A DNA stretch of 24,000 nt, taken from assembly GCA_949128025.1 (NCBI GenBank), contig CASBRD010000259.1, forward strand, positions 5,175 through 29,174. Direction: 5' to 3'. This DNA comes from Oscillatoriales cyanobacterium PMM_0008. Lineage in GTDB: Bacteria > Cyanobacteriota > Cyanobacteriia > Cyanobacteriales > Aerosakkonemataceae. Positions 8,493-15,956 of the stretch are shown one piece after another. Every line of letters starts with the position of its first letter. Within the stretch, counting starts at the first letter, position 1. The position numbers and the translations under genes were made by a program. Below the pieces are notes generated by a model that worked only from the letters and a program-made list of their open reading frames with translations, was not told the origin of the DNA and did no database searches.

Positions 8493-8574
8493 TGTTATGC
8501 TTTTGTTCATATAAGAACATTTTTATTTCTTTTCTCCTGGAGCCCCTCTGCCATAGCATAGTAAGCACGGAAGA
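8493..8574 (+). repeat. dispersed intergenic repeat, copy 1
   Basis: Block TTGTTATGCTTTTGTTCA is identical in both copies (18 nt), and ..AACATTTTTAT follows. A pyrimidine-rich variable spacer comes next, then AGCATAGTAAGCA(C/A)GGAAGA, which matches 23898-23988 at 19/20. A TATGCT/AGCATA complement brackets the element. Confidence 0.7.
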
Positions 8575-9009
8575 TCCGCATTACCGTAAGGCCGAGTGCG
8601 GATTGGCGTACTTGACGGAAGGCGAATGCCTACGGCAACCTACGCGATCGCAAATCTGACTATAGTAAGGAACTAATTCAGCAAACCTGCGTCCTTAGTA
8701 TATAGCTAAAAAGTTTTCGCCAGTACAACAAAAAACAATCGACAAATAGTTCTATTGCTTCCGGTTGATGAATAAGCCTTTGACCTCTCCTTAGAATTAA
8801 GAGTAATGAAAATTGGAGTAAAAAGCTCGCCGCACACTTAGGCCAAGCTCCAGCATCACACAACTATTTACACCAAAGTGATGACTCGAAATAACAGACG
8901 CTCTTTAGAGAGTCGCTCAAATCAACCAAACTCAACCTGCACTATCAGAAACAAACTTTTCAACACGGCGTCATTCGATATAACAAACCCAACAAGGAGG
9001 GTGCCATAA

Positions 9010-9768
9010 ATGTTTAATTCCCAACGCTGGCAATCTACAACCGCTGCACTACTCGCTTTAGGAATGAGCGCTACTACAGCTGCTCCGCTCCTAATTGCAT
9101 CGCCTGCCTTAGCTCAATCTCGTGTATCTCAATCACAACGAATTGATTACAGACTACCCGCTGGCACAAACATTCCAGTTACGTATGAGAAAGCAGAAAA
9201 AATCGTCTTAGCGCCAGACGAAACGGCGCGAATAACCCTCACAGTACAAGACGACGTAGTAGGTCGTGACGGCAGCATATTGATTCCATCTGGCAGTCGG
9301 ATAGAGGGACAAATAGAACCATATGGTAGAGGTTCTCGCTTTGTTGCCAGAAACCTGATTCTAGATCGAGGTCAGAGACGCACTATCAACGCGACTTCTG
9401 ATGTAATTACTCAAACAGAAGAAGTTCGTAGGGGTGGTACTAACACAACTTCTATCTTGACAGGTGCAGCAGTTGGTTCGGCAGCAGCAGCACTGATCTC
9501 AGGCATTTCTGGCGACAGACGTATCCGACCCCTAGAAGTTTTAGCTGGTACGGGAGCGGGTGCTGTAGGTGGACTGCTCCTGGGACGCAATCGGGATTCC
9601 GCTAAAGTGGTGGTCATTGACCCGGAAAGCGATCTGGATTTGACACTCCGCTCGGATTTAGTACTTAACTCCTCCTCCGGTTACAGCTCCGGGTCTAACT
9701 CTGATTACAACAATCGCGACTCCAGACCCATCCCAAGACGCGACTCTGGGTACGATCGAGGTATTTAG
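9010..9768 (+). CDS. secreted protein with TrbI/VirB10-like beta-barrel domain (paralogue 1)
   Basis: An AAGGAGG SD lies 9 nt upstream. The signal peptide ends ..ASPALAQS. The motifs LPAGTNIPV..., ILIPSGSRIEGQI, a Gly/Ala-rich segment and a C-terminal VVVIDPESDLDLTLRSDLVL fit the TrbI/VirB10 C-terminal pattern from memory. It is clearly paralogous to 10734..11414. Confidence 0.6.
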   Translation: MFNSQRWQSTTAALLALGMSATTAAPLLIASPALAQSRVSQSQRIDYRLPAGTNIPVTYEKAEKIVLAPDETARITLTVQDDVVGRDGSILIPSGSRIEGQIEPYGRGSRFVARNLILDRGQRRTINATSDVITQTEEVRRGGTNTTSILTGAAVGSAAAALISGISGDRRIRPLEVLAGTGAGAVGGLLLGRNRDSAKVVVIDPESDLDLTLRSDLVLNSSSGYSSGSNSDYNNRDSRPIPRRDSGYDRGI

Positions 9769-9786
9769 ATAGACATCCTCAATGGG

Positions 9787-9826
9787 AAAGCGATCGCAAA
9801 CTGAGATAGTTTGCGATCGCTTTTTT
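9787..9826 (+). terminator. rho-independent terminator
   Basis: A perfect 16-bp stem (AAAGCGATCGCAAACT / AGTTTGCGATCGCTTT) with loop GAGAT runs into a T-tract, 19 nt after the stop at 9768. Confidence 0.8.
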
Positions 9827-10020
9827 CTGAATTGGACTCTCTCGTGAGGGAGATAGCCTTTTAAAATAACATAAATTATGCTATAGTTTCAAACCTGGTG
9901 TCAAAAATAAGGAATAATACTCTTTATACAAAAATTTGTATACCAATCCGTCGCAACTAGGGTGCTTCAGGAAACCGTCAAACCATTTTTGTAGCACAAC
10001 ACAGATTTAGGAAGTCAGGT

Positions 10021-10560
10021 ATGGAAAAAGTCCTTTTTATTCTAGGGGAACTGAGCGATGACGACATTGATTGGATGCTACAGACGGGTAGGCGCGAGGA
10101 AGTTCCTGCCAACACAGTCCTCATAGAACAAGGAAAACCCATCGACACGCTGTACCTCCTCCTGGAAGGAACCTTGACTGTTTCTATTGCCGCCCTGGAT
10201 AATAAAGAAATTGCCATATTATCAAGCGGCGAGATGGTAGGAGAAATGTCCTTCGTGGATGCCCGCCCGCCTTCTGCCACAGTTAAGACTAATGAAAACT
10301 CACTATTGCTGTCGATCCCCCGACGGCAATTAGCGACACGACTACAGCAAGATACGGGATTTGGCTCCCGTTTTTACCGAGCGCTTGCGCTTTTGCTTTC
10401 TATCAGACTGCGTGGCACTATTGGCCAGCTTGGTTATGGCAAAATCCCACCTTATGATGGAGACATTGAAATCGAACAACTCAACCCAAACATCCTTGAC
10501 AATATTGCGATCGCTAGAACCAGATTTGACTGGATGCTACGACGCCTCAGAGACACTTAA
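10021..10560 (+). CDS. stand-alone cyclic-nucleotide-binding (CAP effector-domain) protein, no DNA-binding domain
   Basis: The cNMP-binding beta-roll motifs are present: IEQGKPIDTLYLLLEGTLTV...GEMVGEMSFVDARPPSATVKT. At 179 aa it lacks a C-terminal HTH. Confidence 0.8.
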   Translation: MEKVLFILGELSDDDIDWMLQTGRREEVPANTVLIEQGKPIDTLYLLLEGTLTVSIAALDNKEIAILSSGEMVGEMSFVDARPPSATVKTNENSLLLSIPRRQLATRLQQDTGFGSRFYRALALLLSIRLRGTIGQLGYGKIPPYDGDIEIEQLNPNILDNIAIARTRFDWMLRRLRDT

Positions 10561-10733
10561 CTTTATTGTACGAATAAGCAGTAAATGAATTTCGCAAACA
10601 AAAGCGACTAAAGAACCAGGCGCTTATTTTTAGTATTTGAAAATAAGATATTGACTTAAATAAAAATAGCAATACTAATGAAGCCTCTATTTAATGAAAA
10701 TAAAAACTAGGTATATGGTGGAGAAATAAATTC

Positions 10734-11414
10734 ATGTATAAGTTCAATGGTTGGCAGTCTGGAACTACTTTATTGTTAGCCTTCTCGATAAATGCCAGCA
10801 CCTTCACACCCATTGTGAAACAAGATCCGGCTTATGCCCAAAGAACATTACCGGCAGAAATAACTGGAAGAATTGCCGCCGGAACTCTGATCCCAGTTAA
10901 ATACCAGACAGCACAGAAAATTATCGTTGCCTCAGACGAACCAGGGCCAATTCCCTTAACCCTAATCGTGGCTAGAAACATTGTGACAACTCAACCAACT
11001 TTGTTGATTCCATCTGGCACTCAGATCGTCGGCGAACTGGTAACAATGCAAGAAATAGGAAGCGCTCAATTTGTTGCCAAACAGTTAGTTTTAAGCGATG
11101 GTAAACGAATTCCCATAAGTGCAAGTTCCCGACTTATTACCAAAACACAAGAGATTAGCGACAGCCCCATACTTGGTAGAACGATCGGCAATGCAGCTTT
11201 AGGTACAGGGGCGGCAGCTGCTCTAGCAGCTGTGAGCGGGAACCCAGCGATCGCCTCCGGACAAGTTGTGTTAAGTTCTGGGTTTGGCTCTTCTTCCGAA
11301 CTGTTGGGAAGATTCCGAAACCAGGAAACAGTTAGGCTGCTCTCGATCGAACCCGACAAGGACTTGACTTTAACCTTAAATTCCGATTTGATTTTGAGAA
11401 GGTCTGCCTCATAA
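10734..11414 (+). CDS. secreted protein with TrbI/VirB10-like domain (paralogue 2)
   Basis: It has a signal-like N-terminus (..DPAYAQR). The motifs IAAGTLIPVKY, LLIPSGTQIVGEL, a Gly/Ala-rich segment and LLSIEPDKDLTLTLNSDLIL are colinear with the 9010..9768 protein. Confidence 0.6.
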   Translation: MYKFNGWQSGTTLLLAFSINASTFTPIVKQDPAYAQRTLPAEITGRIAAGTLIPVKYQTAQKIIVASDEPGPIPLTLIVARNIVTTQPTLLIPSGTQIVGELVTMQEIGSAQFVAKQLVLSDGKRIPISASSRLITKTQEISDSPILGRTIGNAALGTGAAAALAAVSGNPAIASGQVVLSSGFGSSSELLGRFRNQETVRLLSIEPDKDLTLTLNSDLILRRSAS

Positions 11415-11429
11415 GGAAATTTTAGATTA

Positions 11430-12812
11430 CTATTGACTTTCTGGTAACCACACGATAAAAGTAGCCCCCACGCCAGCATTAGTAGGGTGCTGAGATGGAC
11501 TGAAAACCTCAATTTCACCCTGCATTTGCCGCACCAAATCTCGTGCGATCGCCAAACCCAAACCAGTACCAGGAATCTCCGATTGGGCCTGAACTCCCCG
11601 GTAATGCCGCTCAAACAGCCGCTCTAAATCTTGGGGAGGAATGCCAGGGCCAGTGTCACTCACCGCAACTCCCTGCAACCGACCTTGAGGCGATTCTCGC
11701 TCTACCCCTGCCTCAACGTAAACCCATCCTCCCGAAGGCGTATATTTCAAAGCATTATCGATTAAATTGCTGAACACTTCTCTTAAAGCCTTGGCATTAG
11801 CTCGAACAGGCGTCAAATTAGCCCTAATTTCAGCTTTTAACTTTATATTTCGCTCTTGGGCGATCGCATACGCCGATGACAGCAGCGGTTCTAAAACTTC
11901 GGCTACAGAGCAGGATTGCAGAGTCTCGACCGCCATCAACCCACCTTCGGGTAACAACAGTAGCGGTTTATTGGCCCGATCGGGCTCAGTCGCAGTCTCA
12001 ACCTTCCCTTCAACCGACACCTGAGAAGGATAAGCTAACAGCGATCCCCCTTGGCTGGCGGTCAAGTCAATCGCCTCATCAAACTGTGAGAGCAAATCTT
12101 GGATGCGATCGCTCTCCCTGAGAATATTACCTGCAATATCGCGGTTTGCATCGGACGGTCGCAGTCGCCTCAGCAGCAGCTTCCCAAAAGTCAGTAAAGC
12201 CGTCAGCGGATTGCGAAGCTGGTGCAACAAATTATGTAGAAGGTCATTTTGCTGACTCTGGAGACGCTGTTGTTGGCTAAATTGCTGCCCCAGCCATTGG
12301 GAGCGTTGGTCTAAAATACAAGCTAGAGCCATCGTATGGGCAATCCTTTCCACCTCAATCCGTTCCTGCTCATTCCAAGGTCGATCCTCACGACTGGTAA
12401 CCAACAATCCCATCACAACCCCCTCGTGGATCAGAGGTAAAACAATTTGGCGCTGTTGCACCAGAGAATGGCCTTCCCTGTGACGCCGTTGCTCCCCTCC
12501 CGTTGCATCTACCGGGGCCCCAGACCGCAGCAGGATTGAGGAGCCTTGAGGAGCCGCTGATAATAAGCGGGGGATATTATTGACCTTCTCGATCCCATGC
12601 GGTAAAAAAGCCAGCGAGTCATTCTCATCCCAAACCGCAGTTTGGTTAGGGTAAGCCACAACCGGAATCAGTTTAGCTTCTTCTGGCTCCACCAATTCTT
12701 CCGTCAAATAGACTACGCTCAAAGCCGCTCCCAGTGCCTGGGTAAGCAATGCGACCTGTGCTTGACACAGAGCAACAAATTCTGAACTGGCAGGCATCAA
12801 CATTCTTGTCAA
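11430..12812 (-). CDS. GAF-domain sensor histidine kinase (possibly the Hik2/CSK-type kinase)
   Basis: The N-terminal region is GAF-like. The H-box is LHQLRNPLTALLTFGKLL. HATPase_c motifs are present (NLIDNALKYTP, SDTGPGIPP, GTGLGLAIARDLV). The track start at 12812 is TTG; ATG alternatives at 12803 and 12797 are equally plausible. Confidence 0.85.
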   Translation of the reverse strand: MTRMLMPASSEFVALCQAQVALLTQALGAALSVVYLTEELVEPEEAKLIPVVAYPNQTAVWDENDSLAFLPHGIEKVNNIPRLLSAAPQGSSILLRSGAPVDATGGEQRRHREGHSLVQQRQIVLPLIHEGVVMGLLVTSREDRPWNEQERIEVERIAHTMALACILDQRSQWLGQQFSQQQRLQSQQNDLLHNLLHQLRNPLTALLTFGKLLLRRLRPSDANRDIAGNILRESDRIQDLLSQFDEAIDLTASQGGSLLAYPSQVSVEGKVETATEPDRANKPLLLLPEGGLMAVETLQSCSVAEVLEPLLSSAYAIAQERNIKLKAEIRANLTPVRANAKALREVFSNLIDNALKYTPSGGWVYVEAGVERESPQGRLQGVAVSDTGPGIPPQDLERLFERHYRGVQAQSEIPGTGLGLAIARDLVRQMQGEIEVFSPSQHPTNAGVGATFIVWLPESQ

Positions 12813-12940
12813 GCTCTAGTAGTTAACCGTGCCAAATGGCGGTGTTGCCCAAATGGCTTTCTGTTTCTCTGATATCATCTCTCTTCCTCCTAAAGACCCC
12901 CACTATCAGCGCGGCGGATATATCGAGCCTTTGGGCGAGT

Positions 12941-14556
12941 ACCGCCAATGCTTTAGTGGCGGTCGGAAACGGGGGATATTTTATGGGGTTCAATACCCCT
13001 AAAATATCCAAATCACTGTGCATAACTATATCCATCCTTTTTGTGAATGTGTTTGCAGTATTTGTGGCCGATCCCTTGAATCAGTCCGTCCGTTGTTGAG
13101 ATATTGAAACTACCCGTGGCGCGAGTTGCGACCCGTCCAACGTAAGTTCCAATCTTTTTCCCAGAGTTGACAATCGCTTTAACAATGTCACCCGTTTGAA
13201 AACCCTTGTGAAACTTGGCTCTAGAGCAATAACGACTCGGAAAACCCCATTTGTCAGTACGGCACTGCTGACGGGTTCCATGACCCTTGGCAGCAATCAG
13301 CAGGGGCTTAACCCCAGTCGTGATTAACTGTTCTGGGGTGGACGCTCCTACGCAGGCTGCATCCCAATAGTGAGTTTTTTCTAAGCCTCGGATTGTCCGG
13401 TTGTACTTGGTGCGACCGCCTGTGCCAACCTCGACAAGTAAGCCGGTTTTTTTGAGGTTTTCGTACAGATTCCATCGGGTTGCATTGACGGCTGCCGTAT
13501 CTGCCAAGGGTCTTTTAGCTTGAGCCAAAATCCGTTTGAGCAGGTCAGGCTGAAGAGAGAGAAAGTCTTTGATGTCCTGATTGCCCTTCTTCTGATTACA
13601 GGGAACGCAGGCTAAACAAAGGTTACTGACGCGGTTAGACCCCCCAATTGAAGTTGGCTGGATGTGTTCAATCTCAAGCTTGGTGTCTTTTGCACCGCAG
13701 TAAGCACAGGTCCTGTTCCACTTCGAGAGCAGAAATTCTCGTACTTCGTAACCAGCCAGAGTCCCCTGCTGGTAACCTACCCCGCTAATCTCAGAATCCT
13801 CCATCTGTTGCGTGTCAAACCGCACCAATTCTTGAGAAATGGCAGTAATCTGACACAGTGACGACAAGCGCTTGACAATCGTCAGGATGTTAGCCACTCG
13901 ACTATTTAATGATGGTGGCAACCATCCTTGTGGTCGGGTGCGATTGAGAAAACGCGGCTGACGGTAGCGGGTTTTACGGTTGCGTCGTGACCGTCGCAGT
14001 TGTCGGCGAGAGGTTAAGGCGTCCCGAATTTGGAAACCTCGGTGCTGTAACTCGGCTGCCCAAACAATTTCACCTGTGCTGTCGTTGACCAAGGCTAATC
14101 CAGTTGTTTTTGCACCAGGGTCAATCTTGATGCGGAGCGGCTCTAATGAAGGATTCAACACCTCCTCTTTCAAAACAATAGTGAAAGGATAGCGACGAAA
14201 AACAGCAGCTTTCCCTTGAGTTAAAAGCATCCTAGCTCTACCCGGATGAACGGGGTTAAGGGGCTGTTTGTTGGGATCTAGAACAAACACTTTGGACATT
14301 ACTGTCCCTCCTTGCGGGTAATGTTAGCCTGGACAATGATTTAAGGGCTTTTTACGCTAACAGCACTGACTCAAACCCGATGATTCTGCTTAACTGTTAG
14401 CCTCAGAGCTACAGACTGGCTTCGTATCCGTAGGTGAGATGACCTAAAAATCGTAGTACCGAAGTACTTAGTCGGGTAAACTCTGGGCGATTATCGCCCC
14501 CGCCATAGCTGTAATCAGCTTGGCGGCGGGTAATTTACCTACAAGCGTTATCTGAC
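12941..14556 (-). mobile_element. IS200/IS605-superfamily-derived IscB element (non-autonomous; no tnpA); boundaries approximate
   Basis: The element contains iscB and its upstream omegaRNA region. The left boundary is inferred from where homology with the second omegaRNA copy stops (~14540-14556). The right side is inferred from two hairpins (12941-12963, 12974-13009) directly after the iscB stop. No Y1 transposase ORF is present. Confidence 0.5.
13013..14299 (-). CDS. iscB: IscB: OMEGA RNA-guided endonuclease (PLMP-RuvC-bridge helix-HNH-RuvC), Cas9 ancestor family
   Basis: The 428-aa protein has these parts: (1) a PLMP-type N-terminus MSKVFVLDPNKQPLNPVHPGRARMLL; (2) RuvC-I IKIDPGAKTTGLAL (D60); (3) an Arg-rich helix RRQLRRSRRNRKTRYRQPRFLNRTR; (4) RuvC-II ISQELVRFD (E157); (5) HNH CAYCG...LEIEHIQP...NLCLACVPCNQKKGN (C198/C201/H212/C231/C234/N235); (6) RuvC-III KTHYWDAACV (H310, D313); (7) a ~100-aa C-terminal domain. 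Confidence 0.85.
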   Translation of the reverse strand: MSKVFVLDPNKQPLNPVHPGRARMLLTQGKAAVFRRYPFTIVLKEEVLNPSLEPLRIKIDPGAKTTGLALVNDSTGEIVWAAELQHRGFQIRDALTSRRQLRRSRRNRKTRYRQPRFLNRTRPQGWLPPSLNSRVANILTIVKRLSSLCQITAISQELVRFDTQQMEDSEISGVGYQQGTLAGYEVREFLLSKWNRTCAYCGAKDTKLEIEHIQPTSIGGSNRVSNLCLACVPCNQKKGNQDIKDFLSLQPDLLKRILAQAKRPLADTAAVNATRWNLYENLKKTGLLVEVGTGGRTKYNRTIRGLEKTHYWDAACVGASTPEQLITTGVKPLLIAAKGHGTRQQCRTDKWGFPSRYCSRAKFHKGFQTGDIVKAIVNSGKKIGTYVGRVATRATGSFNISTTDGLIQGIGHKYCKHIHKKDGYSYAQ

Positions 14557-14570
14557 CAGTTGGGGGCGAT
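14300..14570 (-). ncRNA. IscB-associated omegaRNA (scaffold ~14300-14553 plus 5' guide region; 5' end uncertain)
   Basis: This is a non-coding leader directly 5' of iscB on the same strand. It has a UUCG-capped hairpin (14456-14467), a GGGCG/CGCCC hairpin (14485-14499), and a long-range complement GGUAAA (14534-14539) with UUUACC (14475-14480). A 30-nt core (14405-14434) matches 17197-17226 at 28/30. The fold elements are conserved by compensatory change in the second copy. Confidence 0.7.
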
Positions 14571-14784
14571 GAATTAGAGACAACATATATTTTTATTACA
14601 GCTACTTCGATCGATATCTGTTTCCAGCTTAGCGCGATCGGTATCTGGGCTTTGCTTTCAGGGCATCTGAAAGATTTGTATCAATCATTTAATAAAAGTT
14701 GATTTTTAGAACTCAAGCCGATATACTTGCGACGGCTTTGGTAAATATCATTACAAAATAGTACTAAAAGAGGAGGTAACTAGC

Positions 14785-15102
14785 TTGGCTAGGAGACGTA
14801 AGCGCAAAAGTCGCCGTCGCCAAGAAGGGCGTAGGATTCTTGAGCACGTGCCTCAATATAGCATCGAAAGTGGGCTGGATAAACCAGTAACGGCGGCTCG
14901 AAAATTTATTCAAGCCGAAGGAATTGTGCCACCCGCTCTACTGCTGGTTAAGCGGAACGAGCATACTACAGATCGGTACTTCTGGGCAGAAAAGGGGCTG
15001 TTTGGGGCTCAGTACGTGGAAGAAAACCATTTTCTGTTTCCCAGCTTGAGAGAGTTAGAACACCCTAACGAAAAAGTTGCAGTTGCTGCTCAAAGTGGCT
15101 GA
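14785..15102 (+). CDS. conserved small cyanobacterial protein with highly basic N-terminus (possibly DUF3155-type)
   Basis: It has a TTG start with a perfect AGGAGG 8 nt upstream. The N-terminus is (M)ARRRKRKSRRRQEGRR. A strong terminator follows. The family name is from memory only. Confidence 0.6.
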   Translation: MARRRKRKSRRRQEGRRILEHVPQYSIESGLDKPVTAARKFIQAEGIVPPALLLVKRNEHTTDRYFWAEKGLFGAQYVEENHFLFPSLRELEHPNEKVAVAAQSG

Positions 15103-15198
15103 GACTTAACGGGTACGATTGGCTCCTAAGCGATTGAAATTCCCATTTTAGCGGCTCGAACACGACCTTTGCAGGGACGACTGAGTTGATTTACATTC

Positions 15199-15242
15199 AA
15201 TAAACCCCACTCAAAACTTGTTTGGTTTGAGTGGGGTTTATT
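15199..15242. terminator. bidirectional rho-independent terminator between convergent genes
   Basis: A perfect 17-bp stem (AATAAACCCCACTCAAA / TTTGAGTGGGGTTTATT) with a 10-nt loop is flanked by A/T runs on both sides. Confidence 0.85.
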
Positions 15243-15303
15243 ATCGCTTTTTATCTAAGAGCTATTTTCCCATGTCCTTGGGACAGGCTTTGCCAAAGGA
15301 AAC

Positions 15304-15858
15304 CTAAGCGCCTTCCCTAACGTCATCGCCAGGTTTTAATCCCAGCGCCTGTTGCAAAGCAGCCAATTCATCCCTATGAGCCGTAACAGCGATCGCACTT
15401 TGCACGACTTGAGTTTGCTCGCTAAGCACATCTTCAAACTTGAGCGACACCTGCTCTTGCCGTCCAGCTTTTTGCCAGTAAAATACACCAGCTAGAGGCG
15501 ACAACAATTCTAGCCCCAGAAATACGATCCCCGAATTGGGAAACAAAATCGACAAAACCAGAACAAGACTCAGGATTCCCACCGCCGCCAACAAAGTTAA
15601 GAAAATTGCCATAAACCAGCTGGGGCGGACAAACCCCACGAAAGTCACCTGGTTTTGAGCAGCATCCACAGATGCGACCCGGTAGGAACGCTGGGTAAAA
15701 TACTGCTGCAATTCAGCAAAAAGCGATTCTTGTGGCTGCTCGGAAATCAACCTAACTGCTTGAGTCCTATCTTTGACAGAAGCTTTGATAAAGAAAAACA
15801 GGCCGACCAACAGCAACAACGTCAGCAACAATGTCGAGTAAATAATTGTCGTGGTCAT
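15304..15858 (-). CDS. conserved membrane protein (about three TM helices), family not confidently recognised
   Basis: An N-terminal TM helix (IIYSTLLLTLLLLVGLFFFI) and two central hydrophobic helices are visible. The gene lies downstream of padR on the same strand. Confidence 0.65.
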   Translation of the reverse strand: MTTTIIYSTLLLTLLLLVGLFFFIKASVKDRTQAVRLISEQPQESLFAELQQYFTQRSYRVASVDAAQNQVTFVGFVRPSWFMAIFLTLLAAVGILSLVLVLSILFPNSGIVFLGLELLSPLAGVFYWQKAGRQEQVSLKFEDVLSEQTQVVQSAIAVTAHRDELAALQQALGLKPGDDVREGA

Positions 15859-15956
15859 CCTTACTGAGTTGGGAAGGGTTTGGTGACTTGAGATTTTAGA
15901 TTAACCATGAATCTAAAATCTTTATATCCGTAGCATTCCCCCTACTTTACACAACT

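Noticed and set aside
8678-8863. 61-aa - strand ORF in the long NACHT-downstream intergenic region
   Set aside because: It has no SD, a Cys/Leu-rich improbable composition and no supporting context. The region is treated as non-coding.
11066-11614. 182-aa - strand ORF spanning the junction of the TrbI-like gene and the histidine kinase
   Set aside because: It is antisense to a coherent paralogue-supported CDS (10734..11414) and out of frame with the kinase 3' end. It is an artefact of open antisense frames.
12823-13099. Small ORFs (70 aa - strand, 87 aa + strand) between the kinase and iscB
   Set aside because: They overlap the iscB 3' end and the hairpin region, have no start context, and are better explained as non-coding element end or promoter DNA.
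14759-14770. TAGTACTAAAAG resembling the left half of a cyanobacterial LexA box (TAGTACTAATGTTCTA type)
   Set aside because: The right half-site is missing (AGAGG is in fact the ribosome-binding site of the gene at 14785), so only one arm matches.
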